NCBI RefSeq assembly: GCF_001194135.2
Contig: NC_069003.1
Location: 34,066,132 to 34,103,807, forward strand
Origin: Octopus bimaculoides
Lineage: Eukaryota
DNA: 37,676 nt
Reading direction: 5' to 3'
Shown: positions 32,201-37,676 of the stretch, piece by piece
How positions within the stretch are numbered: position 1 is the first letter of the stretch
How the letters are laid out: each line of letters starts with the position of its first letter
Translations under genes and position numbers: made by a program
Notes under the pieces: model-generated
The model's database searches: none
The model's input: the letters and a program-made list of their open reading frames with translations, nothing else
Told to the model about the DNA's origin: nothing

Positions 32201-33498
32201 ACAACACCACTCCTGCTTTGCAGACCATGGCTTCTATATTGTATTGACCATTCACTGGGCACTCACTGTAAACTGGGGTCGATGTAATTGACAAGTCCCC
32301 TCCCTCGAATTTTCATGCCTTGTGCTTATATTAGAAAGGGTTATTGAGGTGGCGAGCTGACAGCTGGAAAAATGCATAGTAGCATTTCACCCATCACTAT
32401 GTTCTGAGTTCAAATTCTGCCAAAGTTGTAGAAAAGTTTACTGTTATTAGTATTTTCGAAAGTGTAGAAATTCTTCCTTGGTTTAATATTTATTCCAGTT
32501 TTTTTCTCCTGTGAAATAATGTTTCTATGAAATTAATTATATTTTGTCTGCCTTAAAATTTTATACAAACTAATTTTTTTACAATTGATTTATCTACATG
32601 AACATGGATGTAAGGTTGTGTAAATATGTATGTGTCTTTATATCTGTCCATGTGTATGCATGTGTAATTAAACATTTTTTTTTGTCTATTTGTGGAAGTC
32701 ATATATTTGTGTCCTTTGATTGGTTTCAGCCATTTGGCTGTGACCATTCGTGAGGCTTTGATATTGGACAGTATTGGTCATTTTTGACAACCAGGCTATG
32801 TTCACTGTTGTTATATATACAACATGTACATGCATATATGTTATTTAATAAATACAATATATATTTTTTTATGTGCTACTATTAGTTTCATGTGATGAGA
32901 GCATGTCAGACAGTATTTTTTAAGCTGCCTGCTGACTCTGTGCAATCTTCAGGCACTGCCCACATGGCATAACAAACTAAAAATGAGTTGATAGCATGAG
33001 AAAAAGAGCAAGAAAAGATGAGAAAGAAGTAGATATGATAGGTGGAAGGTTGAAAACCAGAAAACAGAAAGAACCAGACATGTTAAAGAATATTGTGTGG
33101 CATGCCCTCATCACATGAGACTAATAAAAACATACTGTGCTTATTAAATAATAATTATCTCCCACGAGATGGAGTGCTTTTTTTTTTGTTAATCTTACCA
33201 TCGCAGAACAGTACACTACACACACACACATACACATACAACAGAAGACTAAAAATTTGACATATTTTTAATTTCAAGTTTCATTAGAAGATAGGAGTTA
33301 CAACATTTTGGTCAACCAAATATATATACATTCATACATATATATACATTCATACATATATATACATTCATACATATATATATGTGCAATATATATATAT
33401 ATGCAGCAGGCACAGAAGTCTGGTGCAGACTTCTGCCTGACCAGTTCCTGTCAACCGTCCAACCCATGCCAGCATGGAAGGCAGACATTAAACGATGA

Positions 33499-33534
<36 letters not shown>

Positions 33535-34385
33535 GAGAATATACAAATAATAACAACAGACGAGGACAGGTGGTGTAAATAACAAAAGTATATATTAGTA
33601 TGACGCTCGGGAATACGNNNNNNNNNNNNNNNNNNNNNNNNNNNNNNNNNNNNNNNNNNNNNNNNNNNNNNNNNNNNNNNNNNNNNNNNNNNNNNNNNNN
33701 NNNNNNNNNNNNNNNNNNNNNNNNNNNNNNNNNNNNNNNNNNNNNNNNNNNNNNNNNNNNNNNNNNNNNNNNNNNNNNNNNNNNNNNNNNNNNNNNNNNN
33801 NNNNNNNNNNNNNNNNNNNNNNNNNNNNNNNNNNNNNNNNNNNNNNNNNNNNNNNNNNNNNNNNNNNNNNNNNNNNNNNNNNNNNNNNNNNNNNNNNNNN
33901 NNNNNNNNNNNNNNNNNNNNNNNNNNNNNNNNNNNNNNNNNNNNNNNNNNNNNNNNNNNNNNNNNNNNNNNNNNNNNNNNNNNNNNNNNNNNNNNNNNNN
34001 NNNNNNNNNNNNNNNNNNNNNNNNNNNNNNNNNNNNNNNNNNNNNNNNNNNNNNNNNNNNNNNNNNNNNNNNNNNNNNNNNNNNNNNNNNNNNNNNNNNN
34101 NNNNNNNNNNNNTTTGTTAAAAGTATTCTTTTCAACTGTCTACAAACACAGCCGGGCTGAAATAATTAATGCATTCTTCCAGGAGTGAATTAAAAATTCT
34201 CAAACTTAGATACTAACATGGGTCCTCCATATATGGATTCTAATGGCGCAGCAGGGGCCCACTTGCCATCGGGCAAGCTTTCAACCTGGCCAGTCCACCA
34301 CTGCATATATATATATACATACACACACACACACACACACATATGCATGCACACACACACACTTATTTAATACCTATATCTCCAT

Positions 34386-34421
<36 letters not shown>

Positions 34422-35829
34422 CAATAAATGGAAATTTCCAAATGTTTGTATCAATGTGGAGCTCACCTGGTGAACCAGGAGCTTCTGGTTCATATCTCAC
34501 CCCCCTGCACAGTTTTATGTTATGTCCATTATGAACACAAATTCCATTGGTTGTTTTTTTTCCAATTAGACTCCACAAAGAGACATTTTACAGCTAACAC
34601 CAGTAGAAATTATTTATTTTCTCACTGTTTTATTAGGATCAGCTGAAAGAAAATATGGAACTTCGAACGGAACGGCTGACTTTACCTGACAGAATTACTA
34701 TTCAAAGACGAGATTCTTTATTTGTGTGCCTTTGGTCTAATGGTTCACACAGCTCATCATACAATGGTGATAAATTCAAGAAGGCATCATATCCTACAGG
34801 TAAAACTGTAAGGTATAGATTTCATAATTAACTCCCACCCCTCAAAGCAGTTGACCTCAGTTATATCGGAGATGAGGACAAATTTTAAAAATACCCCGAA
34901 TTGTGAGCCCCCTCCCCTTTCTCTTTTGAATACTCTTTAAGTTTTAAACTATGAAATTCCTTTATAATGAGTGTGTGTGTGTGTTATCATGTACAGACTA
35001 TACTAATATTTACATAAATTATGTTAATGTCTTATATAAATTATGTTTATGTGTACATATATATATATATGCATATGGAAGTTATTTCTCTCAATGTCAA
35101 ATACTTGGACTGTCTGTTACCATCTTCCCTCCAATTCTGTTGTTTTACACACACAAACCCCATCTTTCTTTTTGTTTCTTGTAATTAATGTTATTAAAAC
35201 CAAACCTGACATATTGCTCTTACATTTTGTTTATAGTTGTCCTTATTTTCACTTATTTCAATTCTATTTGCTTACATTTGACCCTTCAGCATTCAGATTG
35301 TTATGCATATTGCTTTTCATCCTTTTGGCGGATATGCATAAAATGTTATGCATATTTATTCACGTCGTTTTGAGTTAATCATGCATTATCTCATAGCTTC
35401 AAGCATGACATTGTAGGGTAGGTGTGAGGAGTTGGATCTGGTCAGTATTAACATAAAACAGGTAAGAATATTTGGCTGGACATGCCCGAATTAAATGGTA
35501 AAGGATGAAAAAAATTTTTTTGTTCAATAAATTATTTCATGATTAATAATTGCAGAGATCCTGGCCAAAAATTCTATCATGTGATGACCACAGAAAAAAA
35601 AAGAAAACAATTAATTGGAGAAATGATCAAATTTTGGAATTGGTAATCACAGAACATGAATGCTTGATTCAAAAGAATATTGGTCGACTGGCTAAAATAT
35701 TGGTGCCGCCTTGACTAGCTTCTGTGCTAATAGCTCATAAAAAGCACAATCCGATTGTGATCGATGTCAGCACTTCTGGCCCTTGTGCTGGTGGCACGTA
35801 AAAAGCTCCCACTACTCTCTCGGAGTTAT

Positions 35830-36050
35830 TGTATATATGTCTTCTATGGTCCTTCGGCCGCTGTGGTACCATAATTTGGTGTCCGCAGCTACACGTTACT
35901 CACAAGCTCTTTACTTCTCCAGCAGTGGCTAGTAAACCTCAATCTCAGCTCTTGGATGGTTGATGAGAAAGTTGGTATATTCCCATATAACCGTTGTTTT
36001 GTTGGGTGCTCCCTCCTAGAGATGTTGAGCACTACACGTAACATTCTGGT
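35830..36050 (-). mobile_element. Decayed LINE (RTE/RTE-X-like) ORF C-terminal fragment
   Basis: RMLRVVLNISRREHPTKQRLYGNIPTFSSTIQELRLRFTSHCWRSKELVSNV*LRTPNYG...GP*KTYIQ* matches the typical post-RT motif RMLRxxLNISWxxHxT...RLRFAGHCWR...GRPxKTY. Confidence 0.75.
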
Positions 36051-36321
36051 ACTAAACTAGGGACTGCCATTTTATGTTGGCAAACAATCTTTACTGCCTT
36101 AAAGTTAAAATAAAATTTGTCTTAATAGCCATAATTACTAAAATAGCACCAAGTCCTAATTCCATGCTCTATTAAAGGTGAAAAGAAGAGCAGTTGTAAA
36201 GTATGGAGCAGACGGTTCAATGTATTTACCGAAACTGACTGAACCTTTAATTTTGGAACGTGCCAAAGAATTAGCAATCCAATCTACCAAACTAGTGGCG
36301 AGTAGTGACTTACTTCCCCTT

Positions 36322-36399
36322 CCTAATTTAAATCGACCATGCACTGAATTACCTCCCCTGCCTAATTTCAATCAACCATGCACTGAGTTACCTCCCCAT
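36322..36399. repeat. 39-bp tandem duplication
   Basis: cctaatttaaatcgaccatgcactgaattacctcccctg / cctaatttcaatcaaccatgcactgagttacctccccat. Confidence 0.9.
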
Positions 36400-36932
36400 C
36401 TAAAATCGTTCTATTGAAGATAATGCTAACTTTAACGGGTCAAACAAATAACTCGAGCTACAGTAAAAATAATAAATTCATGTCTTACTAAATTGCTGGC
36501 ATTGTGCCAAAACTTGAGATCAGTTGTGTTTACTGATTTTAAAATATAAAAAAATTATAATGAAATACATTTAAAATATTTTTAAAAAAATCACGTTTAT
36601 TTTTAAAATAAAACATATTGAATAGTCGATGTGTTACATATTGTTGGGTCTGTAACAGAGGCATTGAAGTCCCTCTCTCCCCTTGCTTTTCACAGGTTAA
36701 CCAATACACAACACGTACATTTACATGAAATACATACATGACAGACACACATTCAGTGATGGTTATACAAACCCAATTACATATAAATTGCCTTTTTTTT
36801 TTCTTCTCTGAAAAAATACATAAAAAAAATACTTCTTGCATTTTCATGTAGATTATGATATGTACAGACATATAAATATACATATATAAGCAATGTTAAT
36901 TCTCTAAATTAGGTATTAACAGTAACTGCACG

Positions 36933-37150
36933 ATAAAGTGAAGTATATTGCCACTTAAATGTGATTTACCCCTAGGGGTGGATGTTACTGTTGCTTTTAG
37001 CCCCAGGAGGACATCTCCTCCAGCTGGCTTATCAACACACTTCTGTGTCGATAAGCCAGCTGGAGGAGATGTCCTCCTGGGGCTAAAAGCAACAGTAACA
37101 TCCACCCCTAGGGGTCAGCCACATTTAAGTGGCAATATACTTCACTTTAT
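36933..37150. repeat. 218-bp near-perfect palindrome (foldback/MITE-like)
   Basis: 107-bp arms 36933-37039 and 37044-37150 with 4 mismatches and a 4-nt loop CTTC. Confidence 0.97.
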
Positions 37151-37597
37151 GCATATATATATATACATATAAATAAATATCCATATATATACACATATAC
37201 ATACAAATATCAAATCAAGTGTTTGACTCTTATTGAATGCAAACTGGTAGCTCCGATTGTCTTCTGAAGCTGCCGGATATGATTGGTGTATAAACAGATT
37301 GGCTGCTAGTTTCTCTGGAATCGGTTAAGTGATGGAGATACCTCTGACAGAAACCCAATAAGAGCCAAAAATCAATTAAAGCTGTTCATTATTCTGTGCA
37401 TGTATGTATTCATACACACCCAATTTTCCTTTTTATGTATATATTCTTCACCTTGTTTTTTACTTTCTCTTTCTCTGCAACAGGCTGTCTGTTATTCAGT
37501 GAGATGCCAAATTATCAAATCATGGCCTGCAATAAACAAAGGAAAGAAAATAAAAAAGGGAAAAAATTAATTTTCTTAATTCTATTATCGATATAAG

Positions 37598-37676
37598 TGC
37601 AGGAGTGGCTGTGTGGTAAGAAGCTTGTTTACCAACCACATGGCTCTGGGTTCAATCCCACTGCATGGCACCTTGG
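37598..37676 (+). mobile_element. SINE family A head, cut by the window end
   Basis: gcaggagtggctgtgtggtaagaagcttg...cccactgcatggcaccttgg. Confidence 0.85.

Larger units (their letters stand above)
2313..34111. other. Assembly gaps: 2313-2964, 5914-6673, 7838-8007, 11110-12073, 12814-13197, 14421-14869, 21995-22776, 27281-27490, 33618-34111
   Basis: Runs of N, mostly next to microsatellites or SINEs. Confidence 0.99.

Noticed and set aside
2264-34160. Long ORFs (160-390 aa) in the supplied track filled with X
   Set aside because: They exist only because N-runs contain no stop codons.
36896-37172. Two ORFs sharing the same peptide on opposite strands (DVTVAFSPRRTSPPAGLS)
   Set aside because: This follows trivially from the palindrome and is not evidence of coding.

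Overview
This is an AT-rich, microsatellite- and SINE-laden eukaryotic draft-assembly window with 9 N-gaps totalling about 4.9 kb. The repeat families look cephalopod/Octopus-like (inference). It holds two intron-containing genes arranged head-to-head, with start codons about 6.6 kb apart. (1) PPP1R42/LRRC67, an SDS22-like leucine-rich-repeat protein on the minus strand: ATG at 8986, six visible coding exons down to about 1371, and one or more middle exons probably lost in the gap 5914-6673. (2) PREB/SEC12, the WD40 Sar1 GEF with K-loop and C-terminal TM helix, on the plus strand: nine coding exons from 15562 to 30039, with exon 6 running into a gap. The rest is intronic or intergenic DNA containing at least four tRNA-derived SINE families, Helentron-type non-autonomous elements, hAT and Tc1/mariner MITEs, and decayed HERO-like, RTE-like and Penelope-like retroelement fragments. 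Nearly all long ORFs in the supplied track are artefacts of N-runs or microsatellites. I found no convincing new biological system. The best leads are a 218-bp near-perfect hairpin, inverted repeat pairs bracketing exons, promoter-like motif clusters including one inside PREB intron 1, a duplicated p53-like palindrome, and several orphan exon-like segments.
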